This document shows, in pieces, positions 21,256-30,427 of a DNA stretch of 64,000 nt. A program made the translations under genes and the position numbers. The stretch's first letter is position 1. Each line of letters begins with the position of its first letter. The stretch covers positions 133,494 through 197,493 of the forward strand of contig OY969426.1 of the NCBI GenBank assembly GCA_963699245.1. Direction: 5' to 3'. The notes under the pieces were generated by a model, which saw only the letters and a list, made by a program, of their open reading frames with translations, ran no database searches and was not told the origin of the DNA. The stretch is from Thermoanaerobaculia bacterium (lineage in GTDB: Bacteria; Acidobacteriota; Thermoanaerobaculia; Multivoradales; JAGPDF01).

Positions 21256-21441
21256 ATGCCGAATCCGAAACGACGCCACTCCAAGACCCGGCGCGACAAG
21301 CGCCGCACGCACGACGCCCTCCCCGTGCCGGGGAGCTCGCTCTGCCCGAATTGCGGCGAGCGGAAGATGCCGCACCGCGCCTGCCCGAGCTGCGGCAGCT
21401 ACCGCGGCCGCGAAGTCGTCGAGATCCCGCAGAACTCCTGA
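21256..21441 (+). CDS. rpmF: 50S ribosomal protein L32
   Basis: [47 protein letters not shown]. Confidence 0.95.
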   Translation: MPNPKRRHSKTRRDKRRTHDALPVPGSSLCPNCGERKMPHRACPSCGSYRGREVVEIPQNS

Positions 21442-21470
21442 TCGCCGTCCGTCCCGGGACGAACGAAGCG

Positions 21471-22478
21471 ATGCGGATCGCCGTCGACGCGATGGGCGGC
21501 GATTTCGCGCCGCGTGCCGTCGTGGCGGGCGCTGTCTCCAGCGCCACGCGGGACGATCTCTCCGTCCTGCTGGTCGGCGACCGCGCCGAGGTCGAGCGTC
21601 AGCTCGCCCGCTGGGGCGGCCCGATGGAGGGAATCGAAGTCGTCCACGCGGAGGAAGTCGTCGGCATGAACGAGGCGCCGACGGCGGTGCGCCGCAAGAA
21701 GCGTGCTTCGATCATGGTCTGCGCCGAGCTCGTGCGCGACGGGCACGCCGACGCGCTGGTGACTTTCGGCAACACCGGCGCCGCCATGGTGGCGGCCAAG
21801 CTGGTCCTCGGCGCGCTGCCCGGCGTCGACCGGCCGGCGCTCGCCGCCGTCTTCCCCAATCGCCGCGGCCGCACCGTGGTGCTCGACGTCGGCGCCAACG
21901 TCGACAGCCGGCCGGAGCACCTCGTCCAGTTCGCGGTGATGGGATGTCTCTACGCCGGCGAGGTGGTGGGCACGGCGCGGCCGCGCGTCGGCCTGCTCTC
22001 GATCGGGGAAGAGGACGTCAAGGGCAATGACGTCACCCGCGACGCTGCCAGGATGCTGGCGGGCGCGGGCCTCAATTTCGTCGGCAACGTCGAGGGGCGA
22101 AACGTCTTCGACGGCACCTGCGACGTCGTGGTCTGCGACGGCTTCGTCGGCAACGTCCTGCTCAAGGCTGCGGAGTCGATGGCGGAGCTGATCGTCGGCA
22201 TGATGCGCGAGGAGCTGGTGCGCACCTCGCGCACGCGGATCGGCGGCTGGCTCGCCAAGCCGGCCTTCGCCAACTTCATGCGCCGCACCGACTACACCGA
22301 GTACGGGGCGGTGCCGCTGCTCGGCGTCGCGGGGGGCTGCTTCATCGGGCACGGGCGCTCGAACGCCAAGGCGGTGCGCAGCGCCCTGCGCCGCGCCGCC
22401 GAATACTGCGAGGCCGATCTCGACAGCAAGATCCGCGACAGGCTGGCCGAGTTGCGGCTCGACTCGGCGCCGCACTGA
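21471..22478 (+). CDS. plsX: phosphate acyltransferase PlsX
   Basis: Internal ATG 21471 of ORF 21093-22478. MRIAVDAMGGDFAP.., GNTGAAMVAAK, SIGEEDVKGN, VVCDGFVGNVLLK. Confidence 0.95.
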   Translation: MRIAVDAMGGDFAPRAVVAGAVSSATRDDLSVLLVGDRAEVERQLARWGGPMEGIEVVHAEEVVGMNEAPTAVRRKKRASIMVCAELVRDGHADALVTFGNTGAAMVAAKLVLGALPGVDRPALAAVFPNRRGRTVVLDVGANVDSRPEHLVQFAVMGCLYAGEVVGTARPRVGLLSIGEEDVKGNDVTRDAARMLAGAGLNFVGNVEGRNVFDGTCDVVVCDGFVGNVLLKAAESMAELIVGMMREELVRTSRTRIGGWLAKPAFANFMRRTDYTEYGAVPLLGVAGGCFIGHGRSNAKAVRSALRRAAEYCEADLDSKIRDRLAELRLDSAPH

Positions 22479-22508
22479 AGCGGGCCCGACCAGCGCAGAG
22501 AGACGAGA

Positions 22509-23438
22509 ATGGATCCGCGTACCGCCTATGTCTTCCCCGGCCAGGGCTCGCAGAAAGTGGGCATGGGCCGTGCTTTCGCCGACGCCTTCCCGCAAGCGCG
22601 CGAGGTCTTCGCCGCCGCCGACGCGGCGCTCGGCTTTCCCCTCTCGGCGCTCTGCTGGGAGGGCCCCGAAGACGCCCTGCAGCTGACCGAGAACACCCAG
22701 CCCGCCATCCTCGCCGTCTCGGCCGCGATCCACGCCGTGCTCGCGGCGCGCGGCCTGGGGGATGCCGACGCGGTAGCGGGGCACAGCCTCGGCGAATACT
22801 CGGCGCACGTCGCTGCGGGGACGCTCGCGCTCGCCGACGCGGTCCGCCTGGTTCGCACCCGCGGCCGCCTAATGCAGCAAGCGGTGCCGGTCGGCGCAGG
22901 CGCGATGACCGCGGTGCTCGGCCTCGACGCCGACGCGGTCGCGGCGCTCGCCGCCGAGGCGGCGCAGGGCGAGGTCTGCTCGGTGGCGAACTTCAACTCG
23001 CCCGAGCAGACCGTGCTCGCCGGGCATCGCACCGCCATCGAGCGCGCCATGGCCCTCGCGAAGGAGCGGGGAGCGAAGCGGGCGCTGCCCCTGCCGGTCT
23101 CGGCGCCCTTCCATTGCGCGCTGATGGCGCCGGCCCGTCGCGGGCTCGAGCCGGAGCTCGCCGCGACGGCGTTCGCCGACCCCCGCGTGCCGGTGGTCAC
23201 CAACATCGACGCGCGGCCGGTCGATACGGCCGACGCGGCGCGGCAGGCCCTGGTGCGGCAGGTCGACGGCCCGGTGCGCTGGGTCGATTCGGTGCGCTTC
23301 ATGGCGAACGAGCTCGGCATCCGCCGCTTCGTCGAAGTGGGGCCGGGCAGCGTTCTCTCGGGCCTGATCCGGCGCATCGCGCCCGACGCGGAGACGCTCG
23401 CGCTCTCCGATCCGGCGGCGCTCGACAAGCTCACGTAG
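22509..23438 (+). CDS. fabD: malonyl-CoA:ACP transacylase
   Basis: YVFPGQGSQKVGMG, AGHSLGEYSA, ..PVSAPFHCALM. Confidence 0.95.
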   Translation: MDPRTAYVFPGQGSQKVGMGRAFADAFPQAREVFAAADAALGFPLSALCWEGPEDALQLTENTQPAILAVSAAIHAVLAARGLGDADAVAGHSLGEYSAHVAAGTLALADAVRLVRTRGRLMQQAVPVGAGAMTAVLGLDADAVAALAAEAAQGEVCSVANFNSPEQTVLAGHRTAIERAMALAKERGAKRALPLPVSAPFHCALMAPARRGLEPELAATAFADPRVPVVTNIDARPVDTADAARQALVRQVDGPVRWVDSVRFMANELGIRRFVEVGPGSVLSGLIRRIAPDAETLALSDPAALDKLT

Positions 23439-23448
23439 AGAGGAAGCC

Positions 23449-24192
23449 ATGTTCCGACTCGATGGCAGGACGGCGCTGGTGACGGGCGCCTCGCAGGGGA
23501 TCGGCGAGGCGATCGCTCGCCGCCTGGCGGCTCAGGGCGCCCGCGTGGTCGTCGCGGCGCGCAACGAGGAGAAGCTCTCCGCGCTGGCGGCGGAGATCGC
23601 CGCCGCCGGCGGCACCGCGCATCCGCTGCGGCTCGATCTCGCGCGCGCACCGGAGATCGGCGAACGCCTCAAGTCGCTGCCGGCGGAGTGGGCGGAGATC
23701 GAGATCCTGGTCAACAACGCCGGCATCACCGCCGACAATCTGCTGGCGCGCATGAGCCTCGACCAGTGGCAGAGCGTGCTCGACACCAATCTCACCGGGA
23801 CCTTCGCGGTGACGAAGGAGCTGGTGCGCGGCATGATCCGCAAGCGCTGGGGGCGGGTGGTCACCATCTCGTCGGTGGTGGGGCTGATGGGCAACGCCGG
23901 CCAGGCGAACTACGCTGCGGCCAAGGCGGGTCTGATCGGCTTCACCAAGTCGGTCGCGCGCGAGCTGGCGAGCCGCAACATCACCGCCAACGTGGTGGCG
24001 CCCGGCTTCGTCGAAACGGCGATGACCGCCGCGCTCCCGGAGGCTACCCGGCAGAAGATGTTCGCCGACATTCCGGCCGGCCGCTTCGGCGGCGCGGAGG
24101 AGATCGCGGCAGCGGCGCTCTACTTGGCGAGCGAGGAAGCCGGCTACGTCACCGGGCAGGTCCTCAACGTCTCCGGGGGCCTTTATATCTAG
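23449..24192 (+). CDS. fabG: 3-oxoacyl-ACP reductase
   Basis: ALVTGASQGIGEAIA, NNAGIT, SSVVGLMGNAGQANYAAAKAG (S..YxxxK), NVVAPGFVET. Confidence 0.95.
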   Translation: MFRLDGRTALVTGASQGIGEAIARRLAAQGARVVVAARNEEKLSALAAEIAAAGGTAHPLRLDLARAPEIGERLKSLPAEWAEIEILVNNAGITADNLLARMSLDQWQSVLDTNLTGTFAVTKELVRGMIRKRWGRVVTISSVVGLMGNAGQANYAAAKAGLIGFTKSVARELASRNITANVVAPGFVETAMTAALPEATRQKMFADIPAGRFGGAEEIAAAALYLASEEAGYVTGQVLNVSGGLYI

Positions 24193-24297
24193 TCGCAGCC
24201 GCAGCGCGGCGCGGCCGGGTTCGGTTGGACTCGGCTTTGCCAAGTGTGTTAGAAATCTGCAGCCCGAACGGGCAACCCATTGGGAGGATCACGCCGC

Positions 24298-24543
24298 ATG
24301 TCGACCGTCGCGGAGAAGGTCAAGAGCATCATCGTGGAGCAGCTCGGCGTCGAAGCCGACGAGGTGACGCCGGAAGCGAGCTTCACCGAAGATCTCGGCG
24401 CCGACTCGCTCGACATCGTCGAGCTGGTCATGGCATTCGAAGAAGAGTTCGGCATCGAGATTCCGGACGAAGACGCCGAGAAGATCGGTCGCGTCTCGGA
24501 GGCCGTGAGCTACATCGAGCAGCACGCCGCCGCCAAGAACTGA
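24298..24543 (+). CDS. acpP: acyl carrier protein
   Basis: ATG 24298 follows GGGAGG (24282-24287). [49 protein letters not shown]. Confidence 0.95.
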   Translation: MSTVAEKVKSIIVEQLGVEADEVTPEASFTEDLGADSLDIVELVMAFEEEFGIEIPDEDAEKIGRVSEAVSYIEQHAAAKN

Positions 24544-24586
24544 GGGTCGCCCCTCCCCGAAGCCGGGTAACAGCCCAACCGACATC

Positions 24587-25837
24587 ATGGCCATCAGCGA
24601 CCGACGACGGGTCGTCGTCACGGGTGTAGGAATCGTGTCGCCGCTGGGCGTAGGCACGCGCGAGACGTGGAACGCGCTCCTCGCCGGCGAGATCGGCATC
24701 GGCCCGACCACCAAGTTCGACGTCTCCGCCTACGAAACGAAGATCGCGGCCGAGGTGCGCGGCTTCGAGGCGGAGCGCTGGATGGACAAGAAGGAAGTCA
24801 AGAAGTCCGACACCTTCATCCACTTCGCGCTGGCGGCTTCGCAGATGGCGATGGACGATTCGGGACTGGTGATCGACGAGTCGAACGCCGATCGCGTCGG
24901 CGTCGACATCGGTTCGGGCATCGGCGGCCTGCCGCTCATCGAGCGCATGCACACCACGCTCGTCGAGCGCGGGCCGGACCGCGTGTCGCCCTTCTTCATT
25001 CCCGGCCTGATCGTCAATCTCGCGGCGGGCCAGGTGTCGATTCGCTTCGGCGCCCGCGGCCCGAACACGGCGCCCTGCACCGCCTGCACCACCGGGTTGC
25101 ACGCGGTCGGCGACGCCTTCCGGCTCGTCCAGCACGGTTATGCCGACGCGATGATCGCCGGCGGTGCCGAAGCGGTGATCACGCCTCTGGCGGTCGCCGG
25201 CTTCAGCGTCATGCGCGCGCTGTCGGTGCGCAACGACGATCCGAAGCGGGCGTCGCGGCCGTGGGACAAGGACCGTGACGGCTTCGTGATGGGGGAGGGC
25301 GCCGGCATCCTGGTGCTCGAGGAGTACGAGCACGCGAAGCGGCGCGGCGCGCCGATCTACTGCGAGATCGCCGGATACGGCATGAGCTCCGACGCGTACC
25401 ACATCGCGGCGCCGCATCCGGAAGGGCGGGGTGCGGCGGCGGTGATGCGCAACGTGCTCGCCGATGCCGGGCTGCCGGCGGACTCGGTCGACTACATCAA
25501 TGCCCACGGCACTTCGACGCCGCTGGGCGACCTCGCGGAAGTCAGCGCGGTCAAGAGCGTCTTCGGCGAGCACTCCAGGCGCCTCGCCATGTCGTCGACC
25601 AAGTCGTCGACGGGGCACCTGCTCGGCGCCGCCGGCGGCCTCGAGTGCGGCCTGCTGGCGCTCGCCATCAGGCACCAGGTCTATCCGGCGACGATGAACC
25701 TCGACGAGCCGGGCGAGGGATGCGATCTCGATTTCGTGCCCAACACGCCGCGCGAGGCGCGGCTCGAGGTCGGCCTCACCAACTCCTTCGGCTTCGGCGG
25801 CACCAACGGCGCGCTGATCATGCGCCGCCTCGGCTGA
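24587..25837 (+). CDS. fabF: 3-oxoacyl-ACP synthase II
   Basis: RRVVVTGVGIVSPLG, active-site ..PNTAPCTACTTGLHA.., ..INAHGTSTPLGD.., NSFGFGGTNGALI. Confidence 0.95.
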   Translation: MAISDRRRVVVTGVGIVSPLGVGTRETWNALLAGEIGIGPTTKFDVSAYETKIAAEVRGFEAERWMDKKEVKKSDTFIHFALAASQMAMDDSGLVIDESNADRVGVDIGSGIGGLPLIERMHTTLVERGPDRVSPFFIPGLIVNLAAGQVSIRFGARGPNTAPCTACTTGLHAVGDAFRLVQHGYADAMIAGGAEAVITPLAVAGFSVMRALSVRNDDPKRASRPWDKDRDGFVMGEGAGILVLEEYEHAKRRGAPIYCEIAGYGMSSDAYHIAAPHPEGRGAAAVMRNVLADAGLPADSVDYINAHGTSTPLGDLAEVSAVKSVFGEHSRRLAMSSTKSSTGHLLGAAGGLECGLLALAIRHQVYPATMNLDEPGEGCDLDFVPNTPREARLEVGLTNSFGFGGTNGALIMRRLG

Positions 25838-25858
25838 CGCCGCGTCGTTTCGCTCTCT

Positions 25859-27097
25859 TCAGTCGGTTTCCCGGCCCGGCCGCAGGCCGGGCAGCTCCGC
25901 GATCCTTCCGCCGTCGAGCGAGACGAGGACAGCGGTTCCGCGCTCGACGCGCACCCAGCGTGTCTGCGTCGGCGCGAAAATGGCCGCCGCGAGGGCCCGA
26001 TCCGGCGCCAGCAGGCGGGACGTCGGAGCGCCGCCGAAGCGGATCGCCATCGTCGCGACACGCGCCGGAGTCGCGACGGCGTCGGCGGTGACGACGACCC
26101 AGCTCTCCTCGCCGTCGATCGCGAGCAGGTCGCGCACTCGCCACCCTGCCGGCAGCAGCGTGCCGGTTTCGCGGCCGACCGTGTCGTAGCGGCCGAGCCC
26201 CTCGCCCGTGTTCTCGCCCCAGAGAAAACCGTCGGTCAGAAAACGGAAACTGGCGCGTGGCGCCGCCGGCACCGGCCGCGCCGCGAGCGGGCGGCAGTAG
26301 AGCTTCTCGGGATGGCAGAGCAGGAGCTCGAGTCGCGTGCCGTCGGGCGAGAGGCGCTCGATGCCGACCCCGCGGCCGTCGGGGCGCCAGGCATAGGAGA
26401 GCAGCCGCTCGCTGGATGTGTCGCCGGTCTCCAGCCGCAGCGTCGACTGGCCCGGGAGGTCGACGACACCGACGCCGGTGCCCGCTGCCGTGAAGGGAAA
26501 GGAGATCGTGCGGCTCTCGGGGGCCCAGAGGAAGCGGGGAAGCCGCCCGCCCGAGCGGTCGACGTCGCCGAGCTCGCCGCCCGAAGTGAGCCGCAACTCC
26601 TCTCCGGTGCGCAGATCGAGGGAGAAGAGGTCGCCGTCGCGCACGAAGGCGACCTGGTCGCCGTTCGGCGCCGGCTCGGCGTCGCGCTCCGGCGCCGCGG
26701 TCGCCGTCAGGCGGCGCGTCCGGCGGCCCTCGGCGCTCCAGAGCCAGAGGTCGCCGTCCAGCGTCAGGATCGCGCCGCGCCCTTCGGGGAGGAGGCTTAG
26801 GCGCTCGATCGCGGCGTCCGGCTTCAGGCCGGCGAAACGGGTTGCGTCGATCCGGAAGCGCCAGAGCTCGCGGCCGGTCGTGCCGTCATACGCGAAAACG
26901 GTCCGGCGGGCGCCCAGGCCGCCGACGGCGGCGCTGTCGGCGCTCCAGACGACGCCGCCCGGCGCGCCGACAACGGTTCCTGGTCCGGTGCCGGTGGGGG
27001 GAGCCGAAGCGCAGCCGGCGAGAGCGAGAAGGGCGACACCCGCGAGGGCCGGCCTGAGCCCGCTCGCCGGCGAGGGAGCGCGTCCGGTCCGCTTCAC
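25859..27097 (-). CDS. lipoprotein with beta-propeller-like repeats (DPP-IV N-terminal / TolB-like); no peptidase domain seen
   Basis: Lower part of ORF 25859-28396. GTG 27097 overlaps the ETF-QO stop. Lipobox LLALAGC. Repeats such as GDQVAFVRDGDLFSLDLRTGEELRLTSGG. Confidence 0.6.
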   Translation of the reverse strand: MKRTGRAPSPASGLRPALAGVALLALAGCASAPPTGTGPGTVVGAPGGVVWSADSAAVGGLGARRTVFAYDGTTGRELWRFRIDATRFAGLKPDAAIERLSLLPEGRGAILTLDGDLWLWSAEGRRTRRLTATAAPERDAEPAPNGDQVAFVRDGDLFSLDLRTGEELRLTSGGELGDVDRSGGRLPRFLWAPESRTISFPFTAAGTGVGVVDLPGQSTLRLETGDTSSERLLSYAWRPDGRGVGIERLSPDGTRLELLLCHPEKLYCRPLAARPVPAAPRASFRFLTDGFLWGENTGEGLGRYDTVGRETGTLLPAGWRVRDLLAIDGEESWVVVTADAVATPARVATMAIRFGGAPTSRLLAPDRALAAAIFAPTQTRWVRVERGTAVLVSLDGGRIAELPGLRPGRETD

Positions 27098-28773
27098 ATC
27101 TTTCCGTAGTTGGGTCCGCCGCCCCCTTCGGGCGGCACCCAGGTGATGATCTGATAGGGATCGGCGATGTCGCACGTCTTGCAGTGCACGCAGTTCGAGG
27201 CGTTGATCTGCAGGCGCCGGCCGGCCGGGGCTGCCGCGTCCTCGACCATCTCGTAGACCGCGGCGGGGCAGAAGCGTGTACAGGGGTTGGCGAACTCGCG
27301 CACGCAGCGATCGACGCAGATCGAGGTGTCGGCCACCTGGAGGTGGACCGGCTGATCTTCTTCGTGCGCGGCGCCCGAGTTGTAGACGTCGCCCAGCCGG
27401 TCGAAGGTGAGCTGCCCGTCGAGCGCGACCGGCTTCGGGCGCTTGTAGTCGGAGCGATCGCCGTCGAGCCGGCGCATCCGCTCGTGGCCGGCGACATTGT
27501 GGAGGCGGTCGGCGAATCCGAAGCCGCGCCCGCCGGTCGCCACCACGAGGCCGGCGTTCACCAGGCCGTCGAAGCCGCCGCGCTCGAAGCCCTGGTGGAA
27601 GTTGCGCGTCTTCCACATCTCCTCCCGGATCCAGCTCGCCTCGACCCGCCGCGGAAAATCGAGCCCGGCTGCGGAGAGTGGCCGGCCGGCTTTCGCCGCG
27701 TCGAAGATCGCCTCGGCGGCGAGCATGCCGGACTTCATCGCGAGGTGGACGCCCTTGAGCCGAGCGCCGTTCAGGAAGCCGCCGGTGTCGCCGATCAGCG
27801 CGAAGCCGTCGCCACCGACCTTTGGCATCGCCCACCAGCCCCCCTCGGGAATCGCCTTGGCGCCGTAATAGGCCATGCGCCCCCCTTCGAGCAGCTTGCG
27901 AATCTCGGGATGCGTCTTGAAGCGCTGGAACTCGAGGTGCGGATCGGTAAGCGGGTTCTCGTAGTCGAGGCCGATCACCAGTCCGACGATCAGCAGGTTG
28001 TCCTGCATGCCGTAGACGAAACCGCCGCCGAAGAGCTCGAAGCCGAGCGGCCAGCCCATGGTGTGGATCACGTCCCCCGCGGCGACGCGCCCGGCGGGGA
28101 TCTCCCAGACCTCCTTGATGCCGATCGCGTAGACCTGCGGGTTCGCGTCGCGCGACAGTTGGAGACGCTGATCGAGCTGCTTGGCGAGCGTCCCGCGCGG
28201 GCCCTCGCCGAGCAGCGTGACGCCGGCGCGGATCTCGACGCCGGGCTCGAAGTTGGCCTTCGGCTTGCCGTCCCTGCCGACGCCGCGGTCGCCGGTGATC
28301 ACGCCGCCGACTCGCTCGCCGTCGAGCAGGATCTCGCGCGCCGGGAACTCGCAGAAGAGGTCGATGCCGAGCGATTCGACCTCCTTGCCCATCCACTTGA
28401 CGAGCTTGCCGAGCGAGGCGACCGAGCAGCCGTGGTTGACGAGGGGCGGCGGGGTGAAAGGGAGGGCGACGCTGCTCTTGGCGGTCAGGTAGAGGATGCG
28501 CTCGCGCCCGACCGGCGCCTCGAAAGGAGCTTCCTGCCAGCGGTCGGGGAGGAGCTCCTGCAGCGCTCGCGGATCGACGACGGCGCCTGAGAGAGCGTGG
28601 GCCCCGAGCTCGCCGCCCTTCTCGAGCACCGCGATCGCCAGCTCGAGTTTCGGCGCGCCGGAGGCGTTGTGCCGCGCGAGGAGATTGCCGAGGTGAATGG
28701 CGCCGGCGAGGCTGGCCGGCCCGGCGCCGACGAAAAGCACATCGAGGTCGAGCGTTTCACGCGTAGCGGTCAT
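27094..28773 (-). CDS. electron-transfer flavoprotein:ubiquinone oxidoreductase (ETF-QO)
   Basis: ATG 28773 (MTATRETLDLDVLFVGAGPASLAGA, FAD motif). C-terminal 4Fe-4S region FANPCTRFCPAAVYE..NCVHCKTCDIADPYQIITWVPPEGGGGPNYGKM. Confidence 0.9.
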   Translation of the reverse strand: MTATRETLDLDVLFVGAGPASLAGAIHLGNLLARHNASGAPKLELAIAVLEKGGELGAHALSGAVVDPRALQELLPDRWQEAPFEAPVGRERILYLTAKSSVALPFTPPPLVNHGCSVASLGKLVKWMGKEVESLGIDLFCEFPAREILLDGERVGGVITGDRGVGRDGKPKANFEPGVEIRAGVTLLGEGPRGTLAKQLDQRLQLSRDANPQVYAIGIKEVWEIPAGRVAAGDVIHTMGWPLGFELFGGGFVYGMQDNLLIVGLVIGLDYENPLTDPHLEFQRFKTHPEIRKLLEGGRMAYYGAKAIPEGGWWAMPKVGGDGFALIGDTGGFLNGARLKGVHLAMKSGMLAAEAIFDAAKAGRPLSAAGLDFPRRVEASWIREEMWKTRNFHQGFERGGFDGLVNAGLVVATGGRGFGFADRLHNVAGHERMRRLDGDRSDYKRPKPVALDGQLTFDRLGDVYNSGAAHEEDQPVHLQVADTSICVDRCVREFANPCTRFCPAAVYEMVEDAAAPAGRRLQINASNCVHCKTCDIADPYQIITWVPPEGGGGPNYGKM

Positions 28774-28923
28774 GACGTCCCGGATTGCTGCCAGAAAGAC
28801 CTGCGGCGGGATCGTAGCATCGGCTCGCTCCCGCCTCGGGGTGGAGCCGACGACGCATCCCGCCGCCGGTGTGCTGCCGCCGGACGGCATTGGAGCTGCC
28901 GTCCGGCGTTGGGAATCAGAAGC

Positions 28924-30231
28924 TCAGGGAATGTACTGCACGACCATGTTGGAGAAGGTCCAACCGGGCGTCCGCGATTCTGGGCAGGTTGAGCAGGAAG
29001 TCTGACCGCCCATCCCGACCATGGGACTTGTGAGAGTCACGGTCTTGGCGCCGGCGGTAGTGCCAGCTTTCGTATAGACCAGGCCGTTCTGGAGGATGTT
29101 GTAGAAGTTGCGGTTGTTGATGCCATCCCACTCGTAGTGAAGGTGGTAGTTGGTCTTCTGTTTGAGCCCGGGACGGAAGGATGCGCGAAGGTAGGTATTG
29201 TAGTTTGTCCCGAAACGCATGTCGTTGCGGCTGCCTCGCGAGTTGATGTAGCCCATCATGCCGTATTTCCAATCGTTGACCTTGCGTTGCAGCCACATGA
29301 CCTCGTGGGTGCCTCCGGACTTCTTGGGGTCCCAGATGTTGACGAAGAAGTCGTAGTCGACGACGACTTTGCGGAAAGTCAGCGTCGAAGGAAGCCGCAT
29401 GATGTAGATCCAGTTCAGATTCTTGTCGCTGCTGACCAGGAAGGTTCCGGACTTGGTGAACGAGTAGGTGACCGCGGCCGACGGCGTGACGCCGCTCGTC
29501 GCGGTGGTCGCCATCAGCTCGAGGGCCGGAGTCACCAGCTCGGTTTCACCGGTGGCGGTCTCTTCGACGAGTCCATAGGCCCAGAAGCGCCGATCGCAGC
29601 TGACACGAGCGCCGGCGTTGGCGATCGCGTTCGAGGTCAGGCCCGAGAAGGCGTTCTCTTCGCGACGGGACGACTTGCCGGGGAGCTGGACCTCGGTCGC
29701 GGCTCCGAGCGCCTTCCCGGCTTCGTCGACGAGCTGGACGCTGCAGGTGGCGGAACGGGCGTCGAAGTTCTGGATGCTGAAACCGCTCTGCCTGCCGCCA
29801 TCGCGCGTGAGACCCTGAAGCACGATCGAGTCGCCGCCTGCGGCGGCACTCGAGGCGACGAAGGCCGGGATCGAGATCGAGCCGCGCGACTTGCCGGGCC
29901 GCTCGACCAGCAGGCGGGCGTCCACCTCGACGCCGTTCGGGATGTCGAGCTCGATCAGGCCGCTGGCGCCCATCGGAATGCCCGGGGCGATCGAACGGCT
30001 CTGCCCGGGTCCGAGCTGGACGGTCTTGAAGGTGGCCGCCTTGCCGTCGACGAGGACCCGATAAGTGACGCTCTGTCCGAACTTGGCCTGGGAGTTGGTG
30101 AGGTGGAGCTCGGTGCTGCGCTGGGGAGCTCCGGCCTGCAACCGGTCCGCGAAAGGCACATAAACCGTGGTGGCGAGGGCTGGCTGGGCCAGGGCGGCGG
30201 CGAGAGCAACGGTGGTTGCGGTCTTCGTCAT
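28924..30231 (-). CDS. secreted hypothetical protein; N/K/Y-rich low-GC C-terminal domain
   Basis: ATG 30231, 6 nt after GAGGAG. Signal peptide MTKTATTVALAAALAQPALA. C-terminal ..NLNWIYIMRLPSTLTFRKVVVDYDFFVNIWDPKKSGGTHEVMWLQRKVNDWKYGMMGYINSRG... I recognise no family. Confidence 0.65.
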   Translation of the reverse strand: MTKTATTVALAAALAQPALATTVYVPFADRLQAGAPQRSTELHLTNSQAKFGQSVTYRVLVDGKAATFKTVQLGPGQSRSIAPGIPMGASGLIELDIPNGVEVDARLLVERPGKSRGSISIPAFVASSAAAGGDSIVLQGLTRDGGRQSGFSIQNFDARSATCSVQLVDEAGKALGAATEVQLPGKSSRREENAFSGLTSNAIANAGARVSCDRRFWAYGLVEETATGETELVTPALELMATTATSGVTPSAAVTYSFTKSGTFLVSSDKNLNWIYIMRLPSTLTFRKVVVDYDFFVNIWDPKKSGGTHEVMWLQRKVNDWKYGMMGYINSRGSRNDMRFGTNYNTYLRASFRPGLKQKTNYHLHYEWDGINNRNFYNILQNGLVYTKAGTTAGAKTVTLTSPMVGMGGQTSCSTCPESRTPGWTFSNMVVQYIP

Positions 30232-30339
30232 TCCCATCTCCTCTGGTTGTGGCCTGGCTACAAGCGCCGGTGCACAGTCCGAGGACTGCACTAAAAGATG
30301 TGCAACCCTAGCATGAGGTACTGGCCGGGGCAAGCATTT

Positions 30340-30359
30340 TTTCCGCAGAAATTTCCGCA
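30340..30359 (-). promoter_or_regulatory. 8-bp direct repeat TTTCCGCA-N4-TTTCCGCA upstream of gene 28924-30231
   Basis: Perfect copies at 30340-30347 and 30352-30359 (12-bp period), in the unusually AT-rich 196-nt intergenic region about 110-130 nt upstream of ATG 30231. Candidate activator/response-regulator site. Confidence 0.3.
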
Positions 30360-30427
30360 CAATCCGCTGGGCACTTCCCGACCCGGCGACGCGCTCGCGC
30401 GCGAGACGGAGTCTTCTTCCGGCCGGG

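Noticed and set aside
18322-21375. Very long ORFs in the six-frame track. Examples: 18322-21375(-) 1017 aa, 37869-40949(+) 1026 aa, 49559-52669(-) 1036 aa, 49708-52914(+) 1068 aa, 57067-59757(-) 896 aa, 3222-5030(-), 52734-53828(-).
   Set aside because: Their translations are Arg/Pro/Ala/Gly low-complexity strings with no motifs. They lie antisense to, or out of frame with, genes that have clear family signatures. Stop-poor alternate frames are expected at this GC content.
21471-25837. fabH missing between plsX and fabD.
   Set aside because: The order plsX-fabD-fabG-acpP-fabF without fabH occurs in many bacteria that encode fabH elsewhere. This is not unusual enough to report as a finding.
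25859-28396. An 845-aa ORF spanning the lipoprotein and much of the ETF-QO region.
   Set aside because: Only the portion downstream of GTG 27097 looks like protein (lipobox, beta-propeller repeats). The upstream 430 aa are an Arg-rich alternate frame of the well-supported ETF-QO gene (27094-28773).
30322-30336. Sigma-54-like element TGGCCGGGGCAAGCA.
   Set aside because: The GG-to-GC spacing is one nucleotide short of the -24/-12 consensus. It also points, on the plus strand, into the 3' end of the sulfatase-like gene rather than toward a start codon.
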